NCBI RefSeq assembly: GCF_009914755.1
Contig: NC_060931.1
Length of the DNA stretch: 64,000 nucleotides
Source: the human T2T-CHM13v2.0 reference genome, Homo sapiens
Strand: one strand, 5' to 3'
The notes beneath the pieces are model-generated. The model was given only the letters and a program-made list of their open reading frames with translations. It was not told where the DNA came from and ran no database searches. The position numbers were made by a program, and so were the translations under genes. Positions 29,365 to 44,107 of the stretch are shown here, in pieces (the first letter of the stretch is position 1; each line of letters starts with the position of its first letter).

Positions 29365-30050
29365 GGCCGCTGTGGGAGGCCCAGCACCACCCAGCACAAG
29401 ACAGTACGGTATCCCGCCGCGCGCCCGACTCCACCTGGCGAGCAGGGAGGGGCCAAGCTTACGCGAGGCGTGGCATCCCGCCCCTCGCTGCATTGTACTT
29501 CCGGGCTCACATTTCTGCATCCGGAGTATGAGAACCCTCAACCAGGCTGACCGGATCCGGAAGTGGATTGCGAGCCAGGAGGAGGAAGCCGGCGGTGGCC
29601 CCGTCAGCAGCCGGCTGCTGAGAGGCCGGTAGGCGGCGGCGGTCCCGAGGGGCGGCGGCCGCGCTGCTCCCTGAGAACGGGTCCCGCAGCTGGGCAGGCG
29701 GGCGGCCTGAGGGCGCGGAGCCATGAAGCTGTACAGCCTCAGCGTCCTCTACAAAGGCGAGGCCAAGGTGGTGCTGCTCAAAGCCGCATACGATGTGTCT
29801 TCCTTCAGCTTTTTCCAGAGATCCAGGTGAGCGGCACAGGCTGGTGGGCCGTGGCGGTCGGGCGGAGAGGACTGGGGTGGGGGTCCGAGTCGGAGTGGGC
29901 CTGGGGTCGGCGGAGGGATGAGGGGAGGGTGGAGGAGGCCAAGGGTAGGGGCAGGGCGGGGTGGCCGAGTGCCCGGGGTCTGAGAAGGCTGGTGTCCGAG
30001 TCAGAGGCGGGGCGGGGTGGGGAGGGCCCGGGGTCTGCTGTCCGGGCTTG
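29365..30050 (+). promoter_or_regulatory. YKT6: YKT6 CpG-island promoter with ETS/GABP motifs
   Basis: CpG-dense; ACTTCCGG at 29497-29504, CCGGAAGTG at 29557-29565, GC boxes; no TATA seen. Confidence 0.85.
29723..29826 (+). CDS. YKT6: YKT6 exon 1 (MKLYSLSVLYKGEAKVVLLKAAYDVSSFSFFQRS)
   Basis: GCCATGA start, donor GTGAGC; 104 nt. Confidence 0.97.
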
Positions 30051-30146
30051 GTCTCCTATAATGGAATCTGGCCGTGGACTCTACCTTTGAGGAACCAACA
30101 TTAGCTCTTTAAGAGCTTATACCATTCTAGAATATAGTTCTCTACT

Positions 30147-30325
30147 CAGTGTTTTTCAAATTTCTGTCGTGTAAAAATTTTAAGGAGACTGTGAAGTAGT
30201 GCAGATTTCCAAGCTTCATGCCAAGATGTTCTGAATTAGTAGATTGAGGCCTCGGTATTTATATTTTAGACCAACACTTCCCACCCAGTGATTCTGACTC
30301 TGGGAGCTTGGGTGCCGCATCTTGA
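30147..30325. mobile_element. MER5-like DNA transposon remnant
   Basis: CAGTGTTTTTCAAA start; CCCAGTGATTCTGA motif. Confidence 0.5.
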
Positions 30326-30854
30326 GAGCCATATTTTGATTTTCTTGCGGGGCTTCCCAACAATTCTGTATGAGAGATAGTGATATACTTTTTTTTGTTT
30401 GTTTTTAATGGGTGAAGTCACTGAGGTACCAAGAGGTTATATCACAACCAGCTAGAACTGAAAGCCAGGTTTAACGCTTTTTAGTTGGACACTAGTGGTA
30501 CAAAAGGATTCCACACGGAAGATGCAAATGAAGCATGGGATCTGTAGGGCTTACAGGCTTTTACTTGTTTCTGGGGCGCTTTAATTGCTGGAACGTGTTA
30601 GAAGTAACACAGACACTTCCAGACCATTCGTGGGAGGGATTGGGGTGACTCAGGCACGAAAGAAGGAGGACCCTACATGGTCGGTATCTATGGTCATCTT
30701 GTCTCAAAATCTGATGGAATCTGCCGTTTGGATTCTGTTTTCCCTGCTTCAGTGCAGCTGGTTCTTGATGAGAGTTCTTTGCCAAGGACTTGCTGGATGT
30801 AAAAAAAAAAAAATGTTATTTTGTTGAAACTTTCTGCTTCTTTGAGTTCTTTTA

Positions 30855-31385
30855 AAAAAATATTTTTAATTGTGGTAAAATGGTACACAAAATTTATCTT
30901 CACTATCTTTAAGCGTGTAGTGAGTGCATTGATATGAAATAGATTGATAGTGTTGTGCAGCCATCACTGTCAATCGTCTCCAGAACTCCTTTTTATCAAA
31001 TTCGTGTCTATTAAACACATTCCCTTCTCCCCCAGCCCATGGCAACTGCCATTCTAATTTGTCTCTGTGATTTTGACTTTTCTGGCGACCTTAGATAAAT
31101 GGAATCATATAGTTTTTGTGTGTCTGGCTTATTTCATGTAGCATAATGTCCTCAAGGCTCATGCATCTTGTTGCATATATCAGAATTTCTTTCCTTTTTA
31201 AGGCTGAATAATCCATTGTATTATTCACCACATTTTGCTTATCTGTTCATCTGTCAGTGGACACCTGGGTTGCTTCCACATTTCAGCCATTGTGAATGAT
31301 ACTGCTATGAACATGGATGTACAAATATCTCTTCAAGACCCTGCTCGCATTTTTTTGGTATTTACCCAGAAGCGGAATTGCTGCA
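30855..31385 (-). mobile_element. L1M 3' end fragment
   Basis: TTTTAAGGCTGAATAATCCATTG...GTACAAATATCTCTT antisense L1 motifs. Confidence 0.75.
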
Positions 31386-31597
31386 TTATCTTTTAGCTCC
31401 TTCTTGGGGTTCTTGGTCTTTGCAGTCTTTACCATGGCCTACATTCACTGCTCTGTGTTGTTGCTTTTCTCAGATGGAACTTTTGGTGCCAACTTGGCTC
31501 TGATTCTTTTTCCTTTTTCCTTCCCATTAGTACTTAAGATTCTCAGAGATTTCACTTGTAGGACTTATACCTCACCTGCTTGGGATGCCCACACTAG

Positions 31598-31996
<399 letters not shown>

Positions 31997-33154
31997 TAAG
32001 ACCGCTTTACTTACGTCCTTTGTGCCCTATAATTACCCGATTCCAAAGTTGAAAAAGTAGTTTCCCAGCTTTTTTGGTCTTTGTATACATGCTGTCACAA
32101 TGCAGTTCTTCCTTTGTCTCTTTATAGCCGTGTCTCAAATGCTGTCTCTAGGTTTACTGCAAAGCCTTCCTTGTTTGAGGTCTTCTTTTCTGAGGGGTTA
32201 TTTTGATCACTTCAGTCCCTCAAGATATTAACAAGTAATACTGTGTGTGCAGGCATTGTTCCAAGTGCTTTACACGTATTACCTCGTTTAACTGTTGCAC
32301 AAATCTTGATTTTTTTAATGTGGAGGCACAGCACACAGGCCCAGAGTCAGGCCTTCAGTTACCTATATGGCTCTGCTGGAGCCTGCTGCAGACTCCCATT
32401 TGAGCACCCTGCTTTGATGGCCCTGGTTGCCCTTTATATCACATCCTCAGTTGGAGGCTCCTTGTCAGCACCTCTTCCTCTGGCTGTACCATCTCCTGTG
32501 ACTGTTCTGTTCTGGATAGATCTCTCTGTTGAGCCCATGATGGACCTTCTCCCTTTCACCCTTTGTATGAGCCATTTCCCACTTCTTTGTCTTGGATGAG
32601 CAGTTTTCCTTTTGTTCCATCCAGAGTGTCTTGCGCTCGTTCTGTGGACGAGCCCCAGCAGACCTGAGCCAGCACTCACTATGGGTGTATGTGGCATTGC
32701 GAGGGTCTGTCATGTGGACACAGCCATAAATGGTTGTGCATTTCTGCCTGACAGTTTTTGCACACTATTCTTCTAGTGCAGTTCTTATAAATGTCCTGCT
32801 TCTTGGAAGTTATTGGGACCTTGAGAGCAGGACCTGCCTCTTGTTTTTCCATTGCATTCCAAATTATGCATTCACCAAAATGTAAAATTGACTGTATCCT
32901 GTGGAAAAACCCCCCAGAAAATTCACCTGTTTTGGTGAGCCAGGTAGCAAACAGATGGAGCTTTCATGGTGATGATAATTCATAATTATCAGTATTTGTG
33001 CTCATTTATAGAGTGTTTGTTACTAGGGATGGGAGGGAAAGGAATGAAACCAAGAAGCAATGTCTACTTAATGTATAAGCCCAGAGGTCACTTTCCACTG
33101 TGTTGGGGACAAGGTGATAAGAAGTAGGCAATAAATACATTTTGTGTTTCTTAG

Positions 33155-33237
33155 CGTTCAGGAATTCATGACCTTCACGAGTCAACTGATTGTGGAGCGC
33201 TCATCGAAAGGCACTAGAGCTTCTGTCAAAGAACAAG
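33155..33237 (+). CDS. YKT6: YKT6 exon 2
   Basis: TTAG acceptor, VQEFMTFTSQLIVERSSKGTRASVKEQ, donor GTAAGA; 83 nt. Confidence 0.96.
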
Positions 33238-34971
33238 GTAAGAAGACCCTCCAACTTCTGTGCGTGTGCTGGCCTGGCTGCCATGCCTCACCTCACATAG
33301 CACCCAGCTTTCTCCTTTCTACTGGGACCCTACTCCTCCTCTAGCTTGTTCTCTCTTTCCCACCTCTTCCTTTTCCTATTTATGCAGAATTCTGTGCCCA
33401 CTGTTGAAGTCTGAGCTTCCCAGATAAAATTGCCCTCAAACTTAGACTCATTTAAGATTAGGGTCTGACTCTTTTGGAGCAGTAAGCAGCCTTCATATCG
33501 TATTCTTCCCTATCCTCTTCAGAGTTGCAGACCCCTCAAAAAAGGATTTCCAGCTAGCACTGTTGAGGTACTATATGTATTCTGTGCATCGTAGATTTTT
33601 TGATCAGGAATCTGAAAAAACTATTTTTTCTTTCTGATAATTCAGGTTTAGGCATTTATTTAGATGTGTATGTTATACAGACAGATCAGGAAAGAGTTAC
33701 ATGAGTTTCATCAGGTAGGGACAAAGATCATCTCACACTTATGCTAACCTCAAGTCACGTGACATAGAGTTACTGAATTGATGATATAAATGTCAGTTAT
33801 GATACAGGCAGGATTGACTATATACACTTTATGTGGGATCTCTGTGCTATTAACATCATAGAAGTGAAATCGCATCACAAATATTTCAGTGTTCTTGCTC
33901 TGTTCTTCAAACTGTGCCTGCCCTTCCCACGTTTATTACTTAAAGACAATTCCTCCACTGACCAGGTTCTCAGTTTCTTTGGAGGGTATGCACTTTGACC
34001 CCATGTTTGAATCTTAATTGGGGATGGTATACAAAATCTGGAGAGCATTGGTGACAACCCCCTGTCCTCTTCCTCCTCCTCATTCTTGTTCTCATTTATC
34101 TCTGCTCTTTTCTGATTTCAGGGGCTCACCATCATTCCCTCCTCTTTTATTTGTTTTTCTGTTGTTTAGCATTGGAATCTTCTGGGTCAGATCCTTAAGG
34201 ACAAGAAGGTTCTTATTTGTAAGCTGTAATCCTTACATTTCTCTTTCCTTGGGGATATGGTTAGCTGTATCAACTCTGAATCCTTTCAAAGTGATGGAAA
34301 TGAACAATCCTGTGGATTGTGAATATTTTGCGGAAGACCTGTACAACTGTACCTTTCAATCATATGAGGATTTTAGCACAGTGCTCTGGAGGCCTTAGCT
34401 GGCAGTAGCTAATCTTTTTCTAGACTAACCCCCCTACTCCCAGTCACCCACCAGAGTGGAGCAAACCCAGCAGGTTGCTATAATATGGAAGACTGAGGCC
34501 CTGGGGGGTAATTTCCTGTCTTTTGGCTGCTCTGAAAAGATTTTTTAAGAAAGCAGAGGCCTCTTGGCTTGTCCAGGGTTCCCTAAGTTTGGGAGCAGCA
34601 CAGAGCCCCAAGGGCTCCAGATCCCTAAGATATAGCTTGGCCTGACCCGAGCTTAAGGAATACACTTGGAAATGCTCCTGGGGCCATGTTGTCAAGGGTG
34701 TGTTTTCTGCACCACTGGCTGTTTCTTTAAGCCCTGGCTTTGCATACTGGGCCTCTGGGTATTTACTGGTCCTAAAGCAGGCGTTGGGCCAAGCTCCTGT
34801 GTGTGGCCCATTGGGCTGTGCTGCTAAGCCTCTCCACAAGACTTGCCCAGAGCTATTGAGCTTCCGAGTGGCTTCATTTGGCCTAACATTGGATGCTTTG
34901 ATTTGGGGGGATTAAAAGAAGTCTGAAGCCCTCATGTCAGCATCCATGTGTCTGATCTCTTGTCTCCTTAG

Positions 34972-35072
34972 ACTATCTGTGCCACGTCTACGTCCGGAAT
35001 GATAGTCTTGCAGGTGTGGTCATTGCTGACAATGAATACCCATCCCGGGTGGCCTTTACCTTGCTGGAGAAG
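34972..35072 (+). CDS. YKT6: YKT6 exon 3
   Basis: YLCHVYVRNDSLAGVVIADNEYPSRVAFTLLEK; AG/GT; 101 nt. Confidence 0.96.
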
Positions 35073-35974
35073 GTGAGTTTTTTATTTGCCTCTCCTGGAC
35101 TTGGATGATGAATGGGCACATTTATGGACTGGGACAGGGGTTGATGGCAGTCCCTGAGACATAAGGGATGAAATGATGTGTCCAAAGTCAACACATTTTT
35201 CAGCCCCCTTCCCTGCAACCCAAGAGACAATTTGGCATCCCTGTATGGGTTTCCTCCCCGGTGCTGTCCCTCATGTGAGCTGGGTCTAGGCCACTGAGTC
35301 ATAGCATCTATTCTCTGGGATGGGACCCTCGGAGACAGCTGTGCCTTGTGTTCTCGCCCCCTGTGCTTCTGCTCAAGGAGTCTCCCTCTTGAATGCCTTC
35401 ACTCTCCCCATTGCCTCCTGCAGTTGCTGCATCCCTCTACCTTGATGTCAGTCAGTTGCACCACAGAGCTTAGCACCTAAGCATTCTTTAAATTTTTTTG
35501 CGTACGGTGCTAATTACTAATATTAACTCTTTGAAGTCAGAGGCTTCATCCTATACCCCAGAGCACCAAAATACCTCCAAACACATGGAATCTGGTGGTT
35601 TCTTAAATCTAGGGGACCTAATTCTCTTTTTTAAAAAATTGCTTTGGAAAATTAGAGGACCAGTGCCCCTTTTTTCTGGAAATCTGTAGTTTAAAATTCA
35701 AATACCTTTATTACTCCCCAAGTGAGGTTCATCTCGGGCTGGGCATACTTTTGATTCTCAGAATATTTAGGATATGTTTTAATGATAAAAATTTGGAAAG
35801 AACTTTAGCCTAGATTTTCTCTGTTGCCATTATATGTCCCCCTCATTCCTCCTTCCTGGGCTGTGAAGGCCAAGGAGCCTCATTCAGGGTGAGGTGCTCA
35901 GGGGTGAAGCCCTGTCATTGAGACCACTGGTGAGTGCACAGTGGGAGGCTTGTTGAGTCTCCTTTGTCTTGCAG

Positions 35975-36079
35975 GTACTAGATGAATTCTCCAAGCAAGT
36001 CGACAGGATAGACTGGCCAGTAGGATCCCCTGCTACAATCCATTACCCAGCCCTGGATGGTCACCTCAGTAGATACCAG
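35975..36079 (+). CDS. YKT6: YKT6 exon 4
   Basis: VLDEFSKQVDRIDWPVGSPATIHYPALDGHLSRYQ; 105 nt. Confidence 0.96.
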
Positions 36080-36306
36080 GTAGGGTTAAAGGAAGCTTCA
36101 GCAGACACCATGTGGCCCAGAATCCATGTGAAACTGAAAAAGCCAACTGCCCTGATAGTTCTGGTCTAATTACTTCTGACAGCTTCTGATGCTGGTGTCC
36201 TCTCTCAAGCCTTACTGTTTGGAAAACAGAGAATCTACGTTCAGACCGGGGAACCCAAGCTCTAGGCAGGCTTTGGGTTTCTGTTACATGTTAAACAGGC
36301 TGTGGG

Positions 36307-36716
<410 letters not shown>

Positions 36717-36719
36717 TAG

Positions 36720-36785
36720 AACCCACGAGAAGCTGATCCCATGACTAAAGTGCAGGCCGAACTAGATGAGACCAAAATCATTCTG
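36720..36785 (+). CDS. YKT6: YKT6 exon 5
   Basis: NPREADPMTKVQAELDETKIIL; 66 nt; donor GTAAGC. Confidence 0.96.
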
Positions 36786-38494
36786 GTAAGCAGGAAGATG
36801 GAGAGCAAGCCCAAGAACTGAGGCGGGGGTGCGATTTCCACTGGCCAGGCATGCACAGATCCATCCTCGTTTTAATATAATAGTAACCACGGCACTCTCC
36901 AGCAAGTGGGATTGCCCACCCCTTCCCCCACCCCGGGCATCAGACTGTCTTTCCTATACCCTTCTCTTGGTTAATGGCACCCATTGTTTCTAGGGGACCA
37001 AGCTGGGAACCAGTGGAACCCTCAAGTCTCCCTTCCTCATGGCTACTGCCTGTCTGACCATTTACTGGGTTCCTAGGGTTTGGCTTCTGAAGACCTGGAT
37101 TCCCACCCTGGTGCCTTTGTTAGGGTTTCGGGTGCCTCCACACCCCACAGGTGCCTCCCCTTGCAGCGTTTGCATTGAAGGTGAACAGATTGAAGCACCG
37201 TGCACTGACCACAGGGCAGCTTCTGGAATATGGGCCCAGGGTTGTCACATAGGCCCCTTTGAAAAGAGCCAGAACCCTGCATTTTGAGCTGAAATCTCCT
37301 GATTTGTAACTGTTGCTTCAACTCTTTTTTTTTAAATTTTTGCATACAAGTGGAATGTAAGCAGCTATCTGTTTTTCTCAGGTTTTTCTCTTACAGCCTT
37401 TGCCTCTAAGTGGTCCCCTTGCCTCCTGCTCACCTCCAGTCTGTCCACCAGAGAGTAGTCATTGATCTGCACAACTTAGAACCCTTCAGCAGCTCTCAGA
37501 TCCGCCCCAGGATAAAGTGCAAACTAACTCACAGTCTCCTGACTGGGCCCTGTTCTCTCTTATACCCTTTCTTGCCCAGCTCACACACAGGCGCCTGAAG
37601 GTTGGGCCTTTCTGACCAGATGTCACAGTTTTGTCACTGCTTGTTTACATGTCTCCCTGACCAGCGTATGAGCACTGGGACATCTTTCCATCCTGCTCAT
37701 GATACAGTGCCTAGTTTATACCATGCTCAGCAGTTGATAGATACCTGGAGTGGATTGAAACCCACATACAAAGCTTTACCATTTACACAGGCATAGCTTT
37801 AGTGTGTACATCAGCGTCTCCTGGGGTTGGAGTTGTTGGCCTGCGATGGAGCCTGGGAACCTGCATTTTATAAAAAGCATCCCAGGGGCTTCAAACACAG
37901 GTGTGCTGACTGCACTCCAAATAACGTGGCTTTGGAATGAACGATAGATGTGAAAGTCTCATGGTATCTGTGTCTTTTGAAACCTTGTGAGCTTTCTTAC
38001 CACCTAGGTGGCATTTCTCCGTTTTCTCCTCAAGCCATCTCTTTCTGTTGCTCAAGTCCTAGTCTGAGTACCATGACACCTGGGACACCCGCTGTTTCTC
38101 CTCTCCCCACGGTGGGGAGTGGATGAGTCCTATTCACCCAGCCTCATCTAGCTGCAGTTGTAAAATCTAGATGATTGGTGTGCATATCTGAATCAGTTAA
38201 CTTTCTGTGTTAAAAATTTGAGTCGCTCAGCTGTGTGTAGGGATGAAGGACATTCTTGCTGGCTCCTTGTTCTATGGCGCTTCATGTGTGCATCTAGCTG
38301 CTGCAGCAGTGGCCATCTGAGGAGAGAAGCGAGCTGCTGCTTCCTGAGGGCCCTGGCAGCAGAGCTGCTGGCTCTTGTGAGGTCTCCATCTCTAGACCCC
38401 TTCCCATGGGGTCAGTGTTTTCATTTCCTAAGTCAGAGTTTGTAGTGATGACATTTAGGACATAGCCCATTTAGAAGGCAGGACATGTTCTGTC

Positions 38495-38790
38495 ATAGTG
38501 CTGTCTGGTATATATTTGGGGCATGTGTGTAACTTAGAATTTTCTAGGAGCCATATTTTAAAATGATAAAAGGAAAATAGGTAGAATTTAATTTAATTAT
38601 ATATTTTACTTAACGCAGTATATCCAAATACAATTTTTCCAACATGTAATCGGTATAAAACTTGTTTTTTTTTCAGTATAAAACTTACTAATGAAGCATG
38701 TGTGAGTTTGCATCTGAAATCTGGTGTGTCTGTACTCAGAGCGCTGCTCAGTTTGGACTTGCCTCACATCAAGTGCTCAATAGCCATTTC
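38495..38790. mobile_element. MER3/MER33-like DNA transposon remnant
   Basis: AGTGCTGTCTGGTA start; CAAGTGCTCAATAGCCA motif. Confidence 0.5.
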
Positions 38791-38799
38791 CCACCGCCT

Positions 38800-39207
38800 T
38801 TTGTTTCCTGTGGCTGCTGTCAACAGAAACCCTCAAATATTTGCTTTTAACAGATAGCTCTGTGGGCCTGGCTGGTGTCTTTTGGGGCTCTGAGTGTCTG
38901 TCCCAGGCCTCTCTCCAGCCTCTGGTGGCTGCTGGCCATCCTTGGCATTCCTTGGATTAGAGGTGCATCACTTCAGGCTCTGCCTCTGCCGTCACGTGAC
39001 CTTCTGTGTGTGTGTTTCCGTTTCTTACCAGGACATCAGTCATGGAATTAGATGCCACCCTAATCCAGTATTACCTCTTCCTAACTAGTTACATCTGCCA
39101 AGACCCTATTTCTAAATATGGTCACATTCAGAGATTCTGGGGATGTTAATTTCTGGGATGCGGTTGGGGTTGGGGGGTGCGGTGTGGGTCACTCTCCAAC
39201 CCAGTAC
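38800..39207 (-). mobile_element. MLT1-type MaLR LTR remnant
   Basis: AGGACATCAGTCATGGAATTAG...CTAAATATGGTCACATTCAGAGATTCTGGGG. Confidence 0.65.
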
Positions 39208-39609
39208 AATCATATAGTGCCCAGCTACTCTTTTTTCCAAAGCTCCATGCACACGCACATGTGCGTGCACACACACACACACACACAAATGTATATATAA
39301 ATGTGTGTGTATATATATATATGAGTTTTCCTGGAGTGCTGGTTATCTAAGCCTGTGCTGGGGACAGCTTTTTGGGAAGTCTGCTACATCCCAGTTAGAT
39401 CTTCTAGATTTCACGGGAATGTCACCAGGTTCTGTTCCATCCACTTGGACAGTAACTATTCTTGGACCGAGTCTCGACACCTAGAGGTGAAGTTTGTGTG
39501 TGTTGGAGAGGAACCCAGGTAAGGCACTTTCCCCCATGACTGAAATATGAGGGGCTCATGTCAGGGCACGTACTGAACAGAGCTGGATTCTCTTTTCTTT
39601 TTTGTCCAG

Positions 39610-39711
39610 CACAACACCATGGAGTCTCTGTTAGAGCGAGGTGAGAAGCTAGATGACTTGGTGTCCAAATCCGAGGTGCTGGGAACACAGTCTAAAGCCT
39701 TCTATAAAACT
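39610..39711 (+). CDS. YKT6: YKT6 exon 6 (R-SNARE core)
   Basis: [34 protein letters not shown]; 102 nt. Confidence 0.96.
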
Positions 39712-40833
39712 GTGAGTACCCAGCACCTGCTGCCTCCTGGGTGTTCTCTCTAGAGAGCAGTCGCAGCTTGCTGCTTCTGGCACTCTCCACTATGAACGGG
39801 TCTTTCTTAGACTGTTGAATCATGGTGGATGATTCCTTGTGCGGCAAGAGCCTAAGGTGAGCGCCTCAGGCCCAGGTGGTTGGAGGCAGTTCACTTGGGC
39901 GCCGTTGGAGTCGATGCGGGCCGAGGCCTTGTTCCACTCCTGCCTCTGCTCTGCCCTCTGCTGCTCTGGCTGATTTCTGAACTCCTACTCCCAGTCCAGG
40001 AAGGCTGGTTCAAGTTCTGATCACCAGAGATTTACTGTTGAATCTTATTCCTCTTTCTGCTGAGTAGACATAAGTCTTTAAGATGCAAGCAATTCAGCCT
40101 TCCTGAAGAGGTTCTTAAGCTTTTAATTTCCCTTTGACAGAAAATATTTAATTGACAAGGATGGGTGCTGCTGACTGCCGCTTTCTCTCAGGTCAGTGCT
40201 CATGTCTTCCTATGTGGAGATGGCACTGTTGGCCCATGGTTGGATAGTCATAGGGACAAATTTACTTGGTCTGTCCACACACATTTGCTTTCATGTGCAC
40301 ATTGGAGGGAGATGGCTAGGTGGGATTAGGAAGATAGTCTGTGACCAGAAAGCAAGAGAGAAGGTGGCAACAGTGGTCCCCACAAACCACATCCCAAGTG
40401 GGAACCACATCTGTTGTCCTCAGGACCATCTTCTAGGAAGAAACACCACCGTGGTGGTCAGATAGCATTGTGTGAAGACAGGAGTGGGGCAAAGTTAAGA
40501 TATTCTGCCAATCCCATTTGTATTATTGGTCCTTTGTTTGTACCTGGCCTAACTGTAGGAATTTTACTCACTTTTTGATAGCATTAATGGGGTGTGAGAA
40601 AAGAAAGGAAAAAGGATCCCAGACTAGTTTTGGAAGCCGGGGCCCGCCTTGTGCTTGGTGATGGGAATTGCTTGTGGACAGCTTCCCTCAAGGCCTCCAC
40701 CCCCACCCTGTTCTAGTGCTAGTTTCTCTGCCTGGCTGTGTCCTGTGGAGCTCCCTCTGCCACGCCTGCCAGGATTGGGGCTTCCCTTACTTCGTCAGTC
40801 CTCCTTCTCAGCTCCTCTTTGTTTTTTTCCAAG

Positions 40834-40869
40834 GCCCGGAAACAAAACTCATGCTGTGCCATCATGTGA
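40834..40869 (+). CDS. YKT6: YKT6 exon 7 coding part, ARKQNSCCAIM* (CAAX prenylation motif)
   Basis: Exon lengths sum to 597 nt = 198 aa + stop. Confidence 0.97.
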   Translation, partial: ARKQNSCCAIM

Positions 40870-42881
40870 TGCAGCCTGCCAGAGGCCCAATGCTGGAATG
40901 GCACCATCATTCACATCAGAACTGCAGCCCCTGGAAAAGAAGAGACAGCCATAGACGAGGAGCCAGAGTGGGGGCAGACTGGCCATTTTTATTTTGAAGT
41001 TCCTGCGAGAAATGGATGGTGGAAGGGTGGCGAATGTTCAAATTCATATGTGTGGTAGTGATTCTTGGAAAGAATTTGAGGTCCCCAAAGGTGTATTTTT
41101 GGGCAAATGAAACCATAAACTCCGACTGGCTTCTGTAGATGCCAAAGGGCTCTTTTTCAGCTAACCCTGGGAAGGCTCTGTGGGAGGGAGGTCGGAGCCA
41201 GCTGTTTCTCGATCTTTGGTATATCTTTGGATCTTATTTGTACATTAATGATATTAACACTCCAGTGGGGGGTGGGGAGTCCCTGATGCTAGGGCTGGGG
41301 TGGGTGGAGTTTGAAGACTCTTGGGAAAGCCTCTCCTGGGGCCACTGTTGGGGGTGGGAGTGAGCCCACCACAGAGGCCACAGGCAGGCCCCCACTTCAG
41401 GCCCAAGGCCTGGGGCGGGGGGAACAGTCACTGGGTCTCAGATTCTGAGACTGTTGTTTAGCTTACCTTTCTGCTAGGATTGGCTTCCCGCAGAGGGCAG
41501 GGCCCATCCTAAGCAGCTTCCAAGTCCCACAAAGGTGGCTTGTGGGAGGATTTGGAAGGAGCTGCATTGTGGGCGGGGAGTGTGTGGGTTGGGTTCGTAC
41601 CAGCAAGTAGACTAGGAACTGAGCCCAGGAAAGGGGGATGTTTTCCTGGTGTTTGGATGGTCAGCTGGGAGTGTCCATCATCAGGGGAAGATCAAACACA
41701 GGTGCACTCAGCTGCCCAGGGCCTCTGGGACACTTGCCTTGACTTGCAACTTGCCTTGAACATCACGATCAAAGCAGCAGGTGCTGTGGTCTCTCAAAAT
41801 TGATTTTTATTTGACTCTGTGGCTCTAAGACTGCCTTGAACCGCCTGAGGCCTATGCATCTGAACAAGTGGGTCTCTCCCTTGAGCACCAGGAGTGGGTG
41901 CCAGCCGGCCCCGAGGATTCCCAGCACCCCACCTATGGTCTTGCCAGCATAGGCTTGCTAGTTCCTTCTTGGTCAGAGGTAGCTGCAGAGGGGGGAGGCC
42001 AAGGGTTTGGTCTAAGCTGTGCCCTGCCACCTGGCAGGAGGCCCACTCACTGCCCAAGTCATGGCAACAGGCTGGAGCAGCCCAGGAGATGGGCCTAAAA
42101 TGTTCTGGATCCCTTGGGTCCTAGTGTTATGTTCCAGTCTGCCCACCTGTGCTCAGGATGCAGCCCTGGGATCCAGCACCCATGGAAGCTTCTGCTGGGA
42201 TGGTGTCACCTATGGGTTTTGAACCAGTGTGGTATGGTCCTTGGGAGCTCTGCTCTGAGCTTGCCACACTGCTGAGAGCACCCACTGTCCTGACCAGAGT
42301 CTCAGTGGTCCTGACCCCCAATGTGGGCAGGGGCTGGGCAGGAGGGTGGGGTCTGCTGTGGGTTCAGAGGACTCCACCTCCTGGCTGGTTTACCTGCTGC
42401 TGCCCATTTTCTCTGGGTACTGCTGGCCAGAGGACTTTAGCCTACCCCTGAAGAGCCTGTCCATGTCATTTTCCTACTGCCATAGATACCCTAAGCCCAG
42501 GGCCCCTTGAGGCCCAGACTCAGCCTGCCCACTGGTGCCGGAGACGGAGTGGAGTGGGCCTGGATCCGAGGGATGCTACCTCTCCCTTTCCCACTTGAGG
42601 ACCCTGGGGAGAGATGGGGGCGGGGAAAATGGAGGTATGAATTTGGGGTAAGAGGAAGTGAGATCTCCGCTTGCAGGTCAGCCCCTGCCTTGCAGGGCGG
42701 GCTGGCTTGACTCAGGCCCTGTGAGATAGAGGGCCCAGCCCAGCCCCACCCACAGATCCCCTGCTCCTGTTGTGTTCTGTTGTAAATCATTTGGCGAGAC
42801 TGTATTTTAGTAACTGCTGCCTAACTTCCCTGTGTTCTATTTGAGAGGCGCCTGTCTGGATAAAGTTGTCTTGAAATTTCA
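40870..42881 (+). other. YKT6: YKT6 3'UTR (3' end approximate)
   Basis: Follows the stop; ends near variant signal GATAAA at 42859-42864 with upstream TGTA and downstream GT-rich element. Confidence 0.7.
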
Positions 42882-43719
42882 CAGTGGTCCTGTGCTTTCT
42901 TTGTGCTTCAGGGGAATCCTTTCTTCACCAAGCCCTTCCCCCGGGGGAGAGAGTGGCCTCATGCTGTGTGCCTGTGGGCCTGCCGCATGCAAGGGTCCAA
43001 GTTATCCTGACCAGCTCCTGTCCAGGAGAGGTAGCTGCAGGCCTGACTCCTTCACCTCCTTTCTATAGACCTTGCTAGCAGGAACTGTATTTTCTTTTTT
43101 GCTGTTAACCAGGTGAGGGAGCCCTGGAGTAGAAGAAGCCCTGTCATTGCTGAATCCTGTTGCCTGGTCTTAGCTGCAGCCAGGAGACCCACCCTAGGAA
43201 AGCTGCCTCATAGCTGCAGAGCCATGGGACAGGAGGCCCCATCCCCATCCTGATCCCGCTGTAGGCTTCCTGTCCCTCACCGCTGACCCCAGGGTCAATC
43301 TGAGACCACCTGGCATCCCACCAAGCACAGGTGGCAACTTTTCAGGAGCAGAGGGGGCTCCACAGGGTACCTGGAAGCTTCCTGGTTCCTGGAGGAGCCA
43401 AAGCTGACCCCTGCTTTGGTTGGGAGGTGAACCAGGGGTAAGTCAAATTCAAGTCTCACATCTGGTTTTGAGTTCAGGGAACCCTCTGAAGCCTCTGTAG
43501 CCTCCCAGGGAGGCGGGCCCAAGGCTGCTTTCAGCCTGTACTTCTGATCCTGGAAGGCAGAGACCTCTCTGACTGGCCCAGCAAGCAGCCTTGGGCAGTG
43601 CTCAGCTTTTCCTGTTCTGAGGACCTGCCAGACCTGGGTTGGGGTGGGATGGGGTAACCCTTAGGGTCATGTGGCCCAGGGAGCTTTGTTCAGAGGGTGC
43701 TATTTAAAAGTGATGAATG

Positions 43720-44107
<388 letters not shown>

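Noticed and set aside
29563-30090. 175-aa ORF over YKT6 exon 1
   Set aside because: Non-ATG start, out of frame with YKT6, runs into a GC-rich intron; typical CpG-island artefact.
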